Assembly: GCA_964016885.1 (NCBI GenBank)
Contig: OZ024740.1
Span: 352,408,001 to 352,472,000, forward strand
Direction: 5' to 3'
Origin: Eledone cirrhosa
Taxonomy: Eukaryota
DNA: 64,000 nucleotides
Under the pieces are notes generated by a model. It was not told the DNA's origin. It saw only the letters and a list, made by a program, of their open reading frames with translations, and ran no database searches. This document shows, piece after piece, positions 41,089 through 53,779 of this stretch; positions within the stretch are counted from its first letter, which is position 1; each line of letters starts with the position of its first letter. Made by a program: the position numbers and the translations under genes.

Positions 41089-41930
41089 ATAAACGGAAAA
41101 AATGAAACGAAATTTCATTTCCCACTCTTAGTACGGCTGTTACTTAAATATAAGTATGTACACATACATACATATATGTATACAGACGTACAGTAGTATG
41201 TACGTATGGATTCACTGAATATTTATTATAATGCTCGGTGTGTTTGTAAACAAACATCCCGTATTAAGCCGTAGTGTCCAGTAACCATCGTTGCTCGTTT
41301 GTTCAACATTGACAAAGGAACGCTGTACTAGTTTCAAGCTTATTAGCTATCGTCAGCAACGTATACCTTCCTGCCAGATTGTTGAACGTATATATTTACC
41401 TTATGCATATTAACGGCTGAGTAGCCCAATTTGCATATCGAGTGGGTTAATCAGCCGGGTGCACCGAAAATGATAAACGGAAAAAATGAAACAAAATTTC
41501 ATTTCCCACTCTTAGTACGGCTGTTACTTAAATATAAGTATGTACACGTACATACATATATGTATACAGACGTACAGTAGTATGTATATATATATACATA
41601 CATGCACACATATATATATGTACGTATGGATTCATCGAACATTTATTATATTAGCTATTGTCAGCAACGTATACCTTCCTGCCAGATTGTTGAATGTATA
41701 TACTTACCTTATCCATATTTACAGCTGAGTAGCCCAATTTGCATACCGAGTGGGTTAATCGGCCGGGTGCACCGAAAATGTTTAATACGGGATGTTTGTT
41801 TACAAACACACTGAGCATTATAATAAATGTTCGGTGAATCCATATGTACATATATATATGTGTGCATGTATGTATATATATATATATACTACTGTACGTC
41901 TGTATACATATATGTATGTATGTATACATA

Positions 41931-41935
<5 letters not shown>
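41089..41935 (-). mobile_element. Penelope-like pseudo-LTR / retrozyme-like module (tandem plus inverted copies)
   Basis: A ~385-bp unit (41089-41472) is repeated in tandem (41473-41780, with an internal deletion) and followed by an inverted partial copy (about 41782-41935). (TA)n on both flanks; hammerhead inside. Confidence 0.7.
41320..41362 (-). ncRNA. Minimal type I hammerhead ribozyme motif with palindromic stem III
   Basis: Minus strand: ACGTTG-CTGACGA-TAGCT(AATA)AGCTT-GAAA-CTAG-TA-CAGCGT. 6-bp stem I, ACTAGT palindrome, GUA triplet. Confidence 0.8.
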
Positions 41936-41987
<52 letters not shown>

Positions 41988-42255
41988 AAAAAAAATGTTC
42001 GCTCTACATGACTGAATACAATAAATGTAATCTGAGTTTTTCGAATATTAATAACATTCAATTCATTTGCAATTACGCAAACAAGCCTCAATTTTATAGC
42101 CATGTCAGTAGAATGAACCCTTCATTCTTGCTCTTGTGTTGGCATGTAAACAGAACCTCAGAAACTAATGTTTCTGGGTATCACCCTTCATTACAGCTCA
42201 CTGTTGACCTGCCAAACTGTCGGAGCTAGTGAAAATATATGCTATTTTCAAAAAT

Positions 42256-42476
42256 AGGGCATCCAACTGTAGAAACCTAGCCAGAAACATTTCTATATGA
42301 GCAAGAAACAGTCACCTGACCCAACTTGCCTCTAATGGAACAACCTGTCCAACCCATGCTAGCATGGAAAATGAACATTAAACAATGATATATACACACA
42401 TACACTAATATACATATATATATGTATCATCATCACCATGTTCAACGATGATAATAATACACATACAGACACAAAT

Positions 42477-42518
<42 letters not shown>

Positions 42519-42587
42519 ACATACTTATATATACATATATACTTGTATATACATATATATATATATAAGTATATGTGTATGTGTGTG

Positions 42588-42639
<52 letters not shown>

Positions 42640-43132
42640 CGGAACAAGTAAACATTAAACAATCTTTTAAATAAATTAAAATACGATTTAAATATTTACC
42701 TCTTCTAGTGCCATGACCGACGGTTTCGCTTATCAAAAGATTGGAAATTCAGAGAATTTCCAATGGAAAGATATAGCTCTTCAGATAGCTTTTCCAAACC
42801 AACTAGACATAAATCCACGTAGATGTAGATGTATCGCCTTCTGCCTGGTGAATGAATCAAGCCGTTAAAATGACCCACACACAAATGGATATATATATAT
42901 GTATGTATATTTGTGTCTGTATGTGTATTATCATCATCATTGAAAATGGTGATGATGATACATATATATATATGTGTATATTAGTGTATGTGTGTGTGTA
43001 TATCATCGTTTAATGTTCATTTTCCATGCTAGCATGGGTTAGACTGGTCCCATTAGAGGCAAGTTGGGTCAGGTGACCGTTTCTTGCTTATCTAGAAATG
43101 TTTCTGGCTAGGTTTCTACAGTTGGATTCCCT
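42256..43132. repeat. Inverted duplication (~245-bp arms) enclosing a hammerhead module
   Basis: About 42256-42500 is the reverse complement of about 42890-43132 (SINE/LINE tail plus microsatellite). Confidence 0.85.
42710..42789 (-). ncRNA. Type I hammerhead ribozyme motif with extended stem II
   Basis: Minus strand: GCTAT-CTGAAGA-GCT..ATTGGAAATTC(TCT)GAATTTCCAAT..AGC-GAAA-CCGTCGG-TC-ATGGC. Canonical core and GUC triplet. Confidence 0.85.
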
Positions 43133-43329
43133 TCCTAATGCCAACCACATTTACAGTGAGTACTGGGTGCTTTTTGTTGTGACACCTACATGACCACCAT
43201 ATATATGTGGGCTGGGAACTTTGGTGGGGGAGGCGGGGGTATTGGGTGTGTGTGGGGGCAGTGTTAGGACGTTGGGGTTAGTGGAGGGATGTATACTATA
43301 TATTTGCTTTAGCCTGTGCTCATGGGAAG

Positions 43330-44510
43330 CTTGGCCAAAGTCAGTAGTGGTGTCCCACAAGGCACTGTGCTGGACCCCACTTCTCTTCATTATTTATATT
43401 GGCAGTATCGGTAGAGGGTCGGACGCCATGCTTTGATGCATAGAGTTACGGCCCTTGCCATTCTGAGTTCAAATCCCGCCGAGGTGAACTTTACGTTTCA
43501 TCCTTACGGGGTCGATAAAATAATGTACCAGTAATTGCTGGCCTTGTGCCAAAAAGTAGAAACAATTATTTATATCAATGGCATTATTGACTTCATCAAG
43601 CACAGAAATATAAGAATCGTTTGCAGAGGATTCCAAGCTCCAAAAGATCATCAATAGAGTGGGAAACTGGACATGCCTTCAATTGGATTTGCTCAGTTAT
43701 CCAATGGATGACAAAAAACAATATGCTACTTAAATGAAAAAAGATTGCACTAATGTTACTATATTCTCTTCACTCGGGGAACAACACCAGAGGCCTTGGT
43801 GTAATTATTGATAGTAACTTAAGCTGGAATAATCACATAAACAAAAAGTTGACATCGCCCATAGGAGGTGTTCCTAGATTCTTAGAACTTTCTGGTCAAG
43901 AGATATCCACATCATCGTTCTTCTCTTCTGTACCTTCACCCGACCTCAGCTTGAATACTGTTGTTCACTGTGAGCTCCTCACACGAAACAAAGTATTATG
44001 AAAATTGAGCACTCTAAAGGTCAATTACAAAAAAGATAGATAGCATGACAGGCTTTGAGTATTGGGGTTGACTAGAAAAATTCAAACTCTTCCCTCTCCA
44101 ACATTGCCGTGAACGCTAAATCATCTGTGTGATATGGAAAATACTCCATCAACATGGCCCAAATGTTGTTGGCATTTACTTTAAAATCAACCCAAGGCTC
44201 TCTATACAAAAATCAAACTCACATCTCATAACATTGCAGCACAGCCATTTCACCTTAACTGGTCCCCCTCTCTTTAATATTGTATCAAAATACATCAAAA
44301 CAGAAACAGATATAAAATTCATAATGTCCCTGGACAAATTTCTCCAAGAAATTCTGGATTAATCCCGCACACTTGCATATGTCTCCCAAAACAATAGCTT
44401 TCCTAGCGAGGGCCATGGTGTCCAAAACATGACTGAGGTGTGAATCATGATCTGAAAGACTTTGCTGGGTGGTGCTATTAAGTTAAACATGGCCTGGGCC
44501 CAAACTGGCT
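43330..44510 (+). mobile_element. Degraded CR1-group LINE fragment interrupted by a SINE
   Basis: gtcccacaaggcactgtgctgg (VPQGTVL), GLGVIIDSNLSWNNHI, IWKIL..GPPLFN..LDKFLQEI. Confidence 0.75.
43400..43564 (+). mobile_element. SINE with 11-bp target-site duplication
   Basis: Same family as 44875. ATTATTTATAT is duplicated at 43389-43399 and 43565-43575. Confidence 0.85.
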
Positions 44511-44523
44511 AAAACCTATCAGT

Positions 44524-44584
<61 letters not shown>

Positions 44585-44874
44585 GTGTGTGTGTATATAC
44601 ACATAAACCTATACACACTCACACAAACACACACATAATTTCTATATATCAAATTCCACTCAGAAAGCAGTGGTATATCCAAGGTGTAGCATAGAACCCA
44701 GAACCATGTCATTGTGAGTTGAACTTTTTAACAAATATTAGACCTTTTTCTTTTAACTTAATATATATGCATACAGAATATAATCTTTTAAGTAATTCTT
44801 AGTTTACATTGAAATTCTGTTTCAAAATAATGTTCTTTTTGGAATTCTTGAATTAGCATCATTATTACCAACCA

Positions 44875-45059
44875 AGGCGGTGGATTGGCAGTATCGGTAG
44901 AGGGTCGGACGCCATGCTTTGACGCATAGTTACGGCCCTTGCCATTCTGAGTTCAAATCCCGCCAAGGTTAACTTTGCCTTTCATCCTTACGGGGTCGAT
45001 AAAATAAAGTACCAGTAATACACTGGGTAATTGCTGGCCTTGTGCCAAAAGTAGAAACA
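44875..45059 (+). mobile_element. Full-length tRNA-derived SINE with 14-bp target-site duplication
   Basis: A-box TGGCAGTATCGG, B-box GAGTTCAAATC. ATTATTACCAACCA is duplicated at 44861-44874 and 45060-45073. Confidence 0.88.
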
Positions 45060-45162
45060 ATTATTACCAACCACCATCTATTATTTAGAACAGTGGGTTT
45101 GCAGAATTATTACTGTCTTACAAAATACCTTACACCATTTGTTCCTGCTTTTTATGTTCATC

Positions 45163-45370
45163 ATTTAAACCGGCCGTATCCTGCCAGAATTTTCTCACCG
45201 CCCTGTTCAATCTGGCTGTAACCGGCCACTTATACCAGCGTTAAGGTATTGTTCTCAAACAAAATATCAATATCTCATAGATTTGATATGTCAGATAATT
45301 ATGTGAGGTAAAGCCTTTACTGCAAAAATACAATAGTAAATATAGAGTAATGTAAATGCTAAAGGGTTAA
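45163..45370. mobile_element. piggyBac-type MITE (one end eroded)
   Basis: Family internal sequence ending TAAATGCTAAAGGG-TTAA. Confidence 0.75.
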
Positions 45371-46621
45371 TATCCATTTATCTCGCTAGCAAGAGTTGAA
45401 CGGTTCATTACAGAACAAGTCAATACTTGATCAGGGCTACTGGCCTCACAGATGGGCTGAGTGTTACATCTCACTTACACAAGTTCTCATAATTTACACA
45501 AATTCTCATAATTTACACAAATGTACTGGGTGAATTTTACTATGTCAACAGTACTAGGGAGGCTCTTGCATCTTTGGCATAACTAAAGAGTCCTCTCAAC
45601 TGTTTGTTTGACAAGTTTTCTATGACTTGATGCCTTTCTTACTTAACTGTGTATATTGGATGCATTTTATCGTGTCACCAACACTAGAGAGGTTGTTGTG
45701 CCCCTGATACAATTGAAGAGGTCCCTCACCCCTCTTTTTTTGCATGGTTTTGTTCAACTATTTCTAAAGCCAACTTTGCTTTTTGTACTTTCTACATCAA
45801 TAAAATAAAGTACCAAATTCTGGAGTTGATTTAATTAACTGCGAATCTATATCAGGGTGTAATAGGTTAGTTTGTTACAGTTGAATCCAAATCCCACCTA
45901 GCAGTGGGGTTCCAGTGACACGTGGAGATAGATAGTATTGATGTAACTACTGTCACCTCAATATTATCCATATGTAACACTATATATTAATACCACCAGA
46001 ACACATATATTCTTCCTCTAAAATTGGACCCCTTTAAAAAAAGATCATGCTAAAAGAAAAAGAAGAAAAAATAGCAGATTAATATGCTGTTTATTACTAA
46101 TCTTCAAGAAAATGCAAAAGATAGCTTAGTCTAGGACATATCTGATGTTATTTTCTAAATGAGATTAACAGCTATTTCCAATCATCTTTTTCCAGATCTC
46201 ATGATATATTTTAAATCCAAGTTTTCCTTCTGTTGGGTCATTAAGCATTATTCATATTTTGAATCATACTTCTAATTAACCTTATTGATACGAAATTGTT
46301 TTAAAGTGTTTATATTTCTCTAAAATCCTTTCATCATAATTTTATGCAATTACCTTTGTTGTTTTTCAAAGACCAGCTTAATAATGAGAAAGTTAGTTAT
46401 GTTACTAAATCCCTCCAAATTCTTTATTATTTATATAATTTGAAAATCAGGCAGTGTCTTTCATTAGAAAGTTTTTTGTGTTATCAGTAAACATGCAGTT
46501 GTATTCTATATATTGTGTACATGTGGAGTGTTGTTAGTGGGCGCTAGGAGAGTTTGTTTGTTGTTGTTTTTGTTTGCATTTTAGAAAATTGAAATTTATT
46601 CATTTTCTTTTCTTTTTCCAG

Positions 46622-46693
46622 GAAAGATTTTCACTTAAGTTCTATTCTTGACAAAGTTGATGCCAAGCTCAGAAAATTAGCTTTGAAAGAAAG
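46622..46693 (+). CDS. SUZ12: SUZ12 coding exon 4 (72 nt)
   Basis: Acceptor tctttttccag, encodes (R)KDFHLSSILDKVDAKLRKLALKE (compare vertebrate RKTFKVDDMLSKVEK), donor GTAAGT at 46694. Phase 2 on both sides, consistent with exon 3. Confidence 0.88.
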
Positions 46694-48758
46694 GTAAGTT
46701 GTTTTATAATGTTATAGTCAGAGAGCAGGAATTATGTTGAATTTGGATTTGATGTCATGGTTCACAATGTAAATAGTTGTGACATTTGTGTGAAAGCGTG
46801 ATGTTTAATTACAAAGAAAGAATGAATAATGTTTGGCTAAATACAGAAACAATTTGTTATGGCAAATTTTCATAAAAGTATATTATCAAAACTATAGACA
46901 AAGCAAACTTATCACTTAAATATTTAGCATGTTAAGCTGGTGTTGCCAATGTTTTCACCAGTGTTGGCTCCATTCATCATCATCATCATCATTTAATGTC
47001 TCTTTTCTCTGCTTGCATGGGTTAGGCGAGTTGTTGCATGCTGAAGCCCGACGATATAGGTGACTAGGTCCTGCTCATACGCTCTGTTTTGGCTTGGTTT
47101 CTACAGCTGGATGCCCTTCCTAATGCTAACCACTCTATAGCATATATACAGGGAGTACTTTATTGTGGCTCCAGCAGTACCACATAACAGGGTGGCCTGG
47201 GTGCTTTTCATCGTGGCGTCATCACGATCACTTGACAAAATTGTTTAGGTAAAACATCTTCAAAACATACTATGAATAAGGGCTTCAAAGAAAATAGTTA
47301 TTATTGCATATGTAAACTTTTAAGAATAATGCAAATTGCTCCCATTGAGCGTCAGTTACATTTTAAACATTGATTGCCACAAGTCTACAAATTTTGTGGT
47401 GGGAAGAGCTGATTATATTGTCCCACCATGTCTTGACTGGTATTTATTTTATTGACCCTGAAAAGATGACAAGTAAAGGTGACCTCAGTGACAGTTGAAC
47501 ATAAAACAAGACATAACTAAATATCACAAGGTATTTTGTGCATTGCTCTGCCAATTTGGCTAAATTACCATTCTTAAATCTAGTAACATCGATGGTAATA
47601 AACCATCTGAAGGCCATTTACTTTTATTAAATACTCATGGATTCAGTTTTAGAAAAGTAACATATTCTAGGATTATAACAATTCAGTATATATTTTTTGT
47701 TTACTCTCTGAAATTGTTCTTCTTATTGGGTCCACATGAGTGTCAGCTACAAAGCTTGCTTAGATGTGGTTCTGCCACAGCTGAACACATTGCTATCTTT
47801 TCTCATTAAACTGGAGTGTTTCAGGGGGGGGGGGGTATCAGGAGGTGTTGCATAGTCTGTGGTTCGATGCCGCAGTTACACACAACATCCCCATTTTGCA
47901 AGATTGACTTTTGCATGTCCAACATGAAATTGTCGAAAATGATTGTATAGTTTTATTATTTTAGCAAAAGAACTGAGTCCATTTTTATTGTAATAAGAAT
48001 ATCATTCAGAAGTGTGCTTAAAATCTAAATATTTGTCAAATTTAAAAGTAGTCTCACTATCCAAGTAATAGATGGGATAAAAAAAATTCATTCTATTTTT
48101 TAAAACCTATATTGTGGAAGGAAGGGGATGGTGAAACAAATATAGCAAAACAGCAGCTGGCATTCCATTTGCTTCGCTGTGTGTGTATGTGCGTGTTTGT
48201 GTGAGTGTTATTTTTGTGTGTCTGTGTTTGCGCGCTTATATTTATATACTCATATATAAATGCACGCATATATACACATACGCGTCAGCGTGTTGAAAAA
48301 AAATTCTAGTACTATCAAAAGCCTGTCATAAAATTGTTCAATCTTATGAATGAACAATAGGATAGACTCATTTGTTTTTATTATTTATATGAGAATGATG
48401 TATATTGTGAATATTACATCAGTAAACTCAATGATGTAACAATGTTCTGTATTTGAAACAATTAGTGTAATTTTTTTTTTTTTTGTTTCCTCTATCTTTT
48501 TTTTTAAATTTATTTTATTTGTCTAATTACAAATTTGTGCCTGCATTTAATATTTCATAAACAACTATTTACAACTTTTGAATGAATTTAACGTTAAGTA
48601 TAATTGTGCTGAGTTTGCAACTTAATGTTGAATGATATTTCGATGTATTTTAAATTTATTCGATTTATTATTAACTTTAAGTCACATTAATAATCTTCCA
48701 ATATTCTTCTTCTAAAAAATGTATGCTTCACACGTATATATTTAGCTTTTATCAACTA

Positions 48759-49665
48759 CTAGCATTAAAGCCCAGCGTTGCTCGGGGTCAGTAAGTTACC
48801 AAAGTTAGGTTGCACCACCCATTTTATGGCAGCACTTTTTTGTCTGCCAGGCACTGGGTGAATGAATTGCAGACCTGGACTGCAGGAGCTGCGCCAGCAG
48901 TGACAATTGTAGTTTCGCCTCTGTGCAAAGAAGTGTTGAAATTTATTGTTTCACAGTACTTGCGCAACACGCGCGTAGACGATGCCAGCCGAACAACAGA
49001 GCTGCGATGGAGTTGTTCTGCATGGTTGTCTAATGTGTGTTTTCTAAATTTAAGACAGTAGGGAGGGGTGTGATATGGGGGAGAGTTTGCTGCTGTTTCT
49101 AAATTTAAGACAGTAGGGAGTGATGTCATATGAGGGAGAGTTAGCTGCTGTTTCTAGCAGGTTTAGTGACCACATAGAGGATATTATTGTGTATAGTAAA
49201 TGAACTGATACTTTCTTCCACGTTCGTTGATAGATGTTTTAAAAAAGATTTATCGCTATTTTTTTGTTGTTGAATAAATTTATCTGAATTATTGTTTTGT
49301 ATGAAATGTAATAAGTTCTCTTTGTCATTGAAGTAAATAAATGTTTGACCGTTCCACACTCAAAAACAAACGTTCTCTCTCTCACTCCCTCTCTCTCTCT
49401 CTCAAAGTTTAAGGGGAGTAGAGAGAGGAATCTGATTGTATTAGTGGGGTAAAGCGTCATGCATTTAGTTTTATCGATTATTTCCATAATTGTGGGCGAG
49501 TGTGAATGAAATAAATAATCGTTGACCTAAGTTAGACCATTTACAACATTCTTACAGACTTTGAGTCGAATCGGTTTGAAATTGTGCAAATGTATAAACA
49601 TGGAACATGCACACACACACACACAAAACAACCCGCCTTTTATAGATAATGACTAGATAGATAGA
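48759..49665 (-). mobile_element. Non-autonomous Helitron-like element
   Basis: Minus-strand 3' hairpin CCCGAGCAACGCTGGG followed by CTAG|t. 5' region TCTA..TCTATAAAAGGCGGG. Confidence 0.6.
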
Positions 49666-49717
49666 TTGGTTTCACTCATACAACTTTTTGTTGTTATGCT
49701 GTATGGAGATGGAAAAT

Positions 49718-49915
49718 TTAACCCTTTAGCATTTAAACCTGCCATATGCGGTCAGAATCTTCTCACTTCTTTCTGTTCAAACTGGCTGTAACCAGCTGCT
49801 CATACTGATGTTAAGGTATTGTTCTCAAAATAAATATCAAAATCTTGTAGATTCGATATTATGTGAGATAAAGCCTTTACTGGAAAAATATAGTAAATAT
49901 AGAGTAAAGGGTTAA
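49718..49915. mobile_element. piggyBac-type MITE
   Basis: TTAA-CCCTTTAGCATTTA...AAAGGG-TTAA. Confidence 0.8.
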
Positions 49916-52092
49916 ACAATCTACAGGGTTACATGAGATTATTCAGTACATTTTATTTAACCCTTTTCTTACTAAATCACCTGAAATTGTCCTTGATTCT
50001 ACAATACAATTGTGTTTGCTTTAAAGTATTTATCTAAAAACCTTCCATCATAATTTTATGTAAGAACCTTTAAGCTATGTTCCAAACATCAATTTAATGA
50101 GAAAGTTAGTTATTTCTCTAAAAAAAAAAAAAAAAATAACCCTCCCCAAATTTTTGATTATTTGAAAGTTATAGACAGTGTTTTTTGTAAAAAATATGTT
50201 AGTGAAAAGGTTAAATCATAAATTGCTGTTTTTGTTTCAATGAATTCTATCCATAAAACAGGGCAACTTAGTTCTGTTAAAAGGCCTTCAGTTGATGCCA
50301 GCTTTTCTCTGTATTTAGGTCAATACCCATTTTCTCTAAGGTGGAATTTTAGCTCATTGTTCTGTAATTTGGCACCTTATCAAATAGGATATACTGATTT
50401 ATCTTCAGAAATCATGTAGGCTGGAACGAAACAATTTTACAGAGGTAGTTATCTATTCACAGATTCTCTCCATTTTGGTATATTCTATACTAAGATCTTG
50501 GTTGTAGTGTTTGATATACTGAACTGAGATTTACATTTAAAATGTTGCTAATTACATTACCAGTGGATCAATATTCATTACATTAATTGGAGGCATAATT
50601 ATGCATTTTTGTTGCAATAACCACAGAGAATTGGATTGGACATATAAATGTAGAATCTCTATTTTATTTACAGTATTTTGAAACCTATTGGGGCACCAAT
50701 AAAGTCTTTCTCTTCTTGTAATTACTACATTGTAGTTTAACTTAGTTAGATTTTACTTATGCAATTAAAAGCAGCAATAATGTTCTTTTTTTTCTGTTTT
50801 TGGAATGCCATGAGAACAAAATAACACATGCACATGCATTTAGTCTAAACCAAACTAATGAATGGTTATATCTAGTGGTGATATCAGTAGTACTGGATCT
50901 TTATAACAAATTGTTAGGGCAATAATATATGATGATATATCTAAATTGAAGATTTAGATATATCATCATATGTCCGTTTTCCCTGCTAGCAAAGGTTGGA
51001 CATGCTGTCACAGACTGTTCAGTATTCAAGCAGTTCTTTCTACCGAGTGCATTTTATTGTGGTACCAATACTTGGGAAGTTATGATCTGTTTGGCATAGC
51101 TGAAGAGTTTTCTCAACCCATTGTTTGGCAACTTTTAGATGCCCTTCATATCACTAACTACTATACAGAGTATACTGGGTAATCCTTTATAATGTAGATC
51201 ACCAACACTAAGGAGATTGTCATGTCTATGGTACAGCTAAAGAGTCCTCCTGACCTTTTGCTTAGCAAACTAGTATGACTAGTAGACAGCGAATTGAAAA
51301 TCATTAGAACATCAGATAGAATGTTTTGCAGTATCCATTCTAGTTATGAACTCTGAGTTCAAAACCTGCCATGGTCAACTTTGCCTTTTATCCTTTCAAG
51401 GTCAATATAAAAAAATCGCCAAGCCAGTCCAGTATTGGGATTAATTCTTCCTCTGTTTCTCTTTCTTGTTTCCCCTCTATTACTGTCTCTCTGCTTCTCT
51501 AGAAGAAATCGGCTGTATTCAGTCCTAGAGAGGAGATAGGCTCTACCAGGTTAAGACATGCTGTACATCACTATGGTGCCCCAATGGCTTTATCAGGAGT
51601 TACGAGTCCATACAATATATCTGGTGTATCTAAGCCTGATGGAGTGCACACCATTCTGTAAACAGAATTTGAGGTCTCTTTCAATTAACAGAATTTGTGT
51701 CAAATATAGTTCTCTTAACTTTTTACATTGGGTAAATTCTTGGTTATTTGAAAATCATGAGCAGTTTATTCCATTAGTGTTTTTGTGAGTTTGTTATTTT
51801 GTTGTTTTCTATTAGTATTTATTCCTGTAATCATTGGTTTTGGTTCTGTTCTAATTTTAAGTTGTCTGAATAATAACAATTTTCCCTCTAAATTAAGCAC
51901 ATAATCATTAAAAGAGAAAAAAAATTAGCATTGGTGAAGCTTCTCAAAAAGATATATTTAGAGGAAATTGTAACAGCCTGGAGCATGTAATTAATTTCAT
52001 CTAGCATATTTACACTAAAGTGAGGTGAGTGTCTTCTACCAAAACATCAAATTTCATATTTCTTTTAAGGTTTTATTATTAACCCTTTATTA

Positions 52093-52294
52093 TTAACCCT
52101 TTAGCATTTAAACCGGCCGTATCCTATCACTTCTTTCTGTTCAAACCGGCCATAACGGGCCGCTCATTCTTATGTTAAGGTATTGTTCTCAAAATAAATA
52201 TCAAAATCTCATAGATTTGATATTATGTGAGGTAAATCCTTTACTGTGAAAATATAATGGTAAATATAGAGTAATGTAAATACTAAAGGGTTAA
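52093..52294. mobile_element. piggyBac-type MITE
   Basis: TTAA-CCCTTTAGCATTTA...TAAATACTAAAGGG-TTAA. Confidence 0.85.
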
Positions 52295-53779
52295 CATGGT
52301 TTTCAGGAAGATTCATTGTGACATAATGTGTGACAAGGCTGACCCTTTGAATTATAGTGCCTTCCTCAAAGACATGTTGTCAAGAATCAAACTCATAACC
52401 TTATGATCAGTGATCTGAATACCTTAACTACTAAGCCACATGTATTCACATTGTTTGAATAATAGTAGCTCTTCTTTAATATATAGTAATGGTATTGGGC
52501 TGGTCTGAATATAGAATGGTTAAATCATATATTAAAGCCTTTGTATAGCCTTTAGGGAGAATAAACTAAAGTACCCTACTCAATTCCCTTTCCAACTAGG
52601 TATTAATCCTCATATTCAATAAGCAGAAAGTAAATAGATGTTGTTTATGTGGCGAATTGGCTGGGTCATCAGAATGTTGGATAGAATGCTTGCAGTATTC
52701 ATTCTGGCTCTCTACACTCAAATTGCACTGCAGTCAACTTTACCTTTCATCCTTTTGATGTCTATAAAATAAAGTACTAGGGGTTGGTTTTTCCTCTGCA
52801 TCTCTTTTTATCTTTATCACTCTCTCTCTCTCTCCTCATCTAGAAGAAATTGGCTGTGTTTAGACCTGGAGAGGAGATAGGCTCCACCGGTTGAAAATAT
52901 CATGTATATATGTATAGACCCTATAGTTGTTTTGACGTTAACACAAATAGTTGTCTTTTTCCAAGAATATTAGTGACATACGTAGCAATAACTAGAACTC
53001 AGCCAATTTTCAAGTTCAGCTCATTAAGCCCATACCTCTATTTGATAGAACAAAATAACAACACAATACTGAATTTCCATAACAGTTCTAAATTAAGTTG
53101 GCTTTGTAATTATGATTATACACTGCAAAAATCATAACGTGTACATTTTTGTATATCATTCACCAACAAAGTTCAGTAATGCTGGTAATGGAGTATAATC
53201 TTCAGTGTAAGATCATAGTGTCAAAAAGACATTATTTTACATCCACTTTGAGGGCAGTGGATTGACAGAGCTGGTAGAGCATCAAACAAATGCTTAGCAG
53301 TATTTGTTCTGCCTCTTTATGTTGTGAGTTCAAATCTCACTGAAGTCAACTTTTTCTATTCTTCCGGGGTTGATGAAATAAAGTACCAGTAAAGAAATGG
53401 GATCGATATAATCAACTTCGACCTTTCCTAAAATTGCTGGCCTTGGACTTAAATTAGAAATCATTGTTTTACATCCAAATTTCCATGCTATTGTGGGCTG
53501 GATAAGCTGTCAGTTTTTATTTGGAGTTACTACTCTTTAAGATGATTCAGGGACTGTCTTGCTTGCTGCTACATTTTTGGCATATTTTCTATGGCTAGAT
53601 GCCCTTGCTACATTTTTCTCTTTTCTCTCGGATAGAAACCCTTTGTTGTCAGCACATGTGATAACTCCCTGAACTATTCACATCCTGTTCTTACTCTGGC
53701 TACTATGCTTTCAGAAAATCTACCTCCACTACTAATTAGGTCATATAGGTAACAACCACTATCAACTAGTTTTAGGGAG

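Noticed and set aside
41089-41780. Regular repeats suggesting a CRISPR-like array
   Set aside because: Only two long tandem units with no repeat-spacer structure or cas genes, in eukaryotic DNA.
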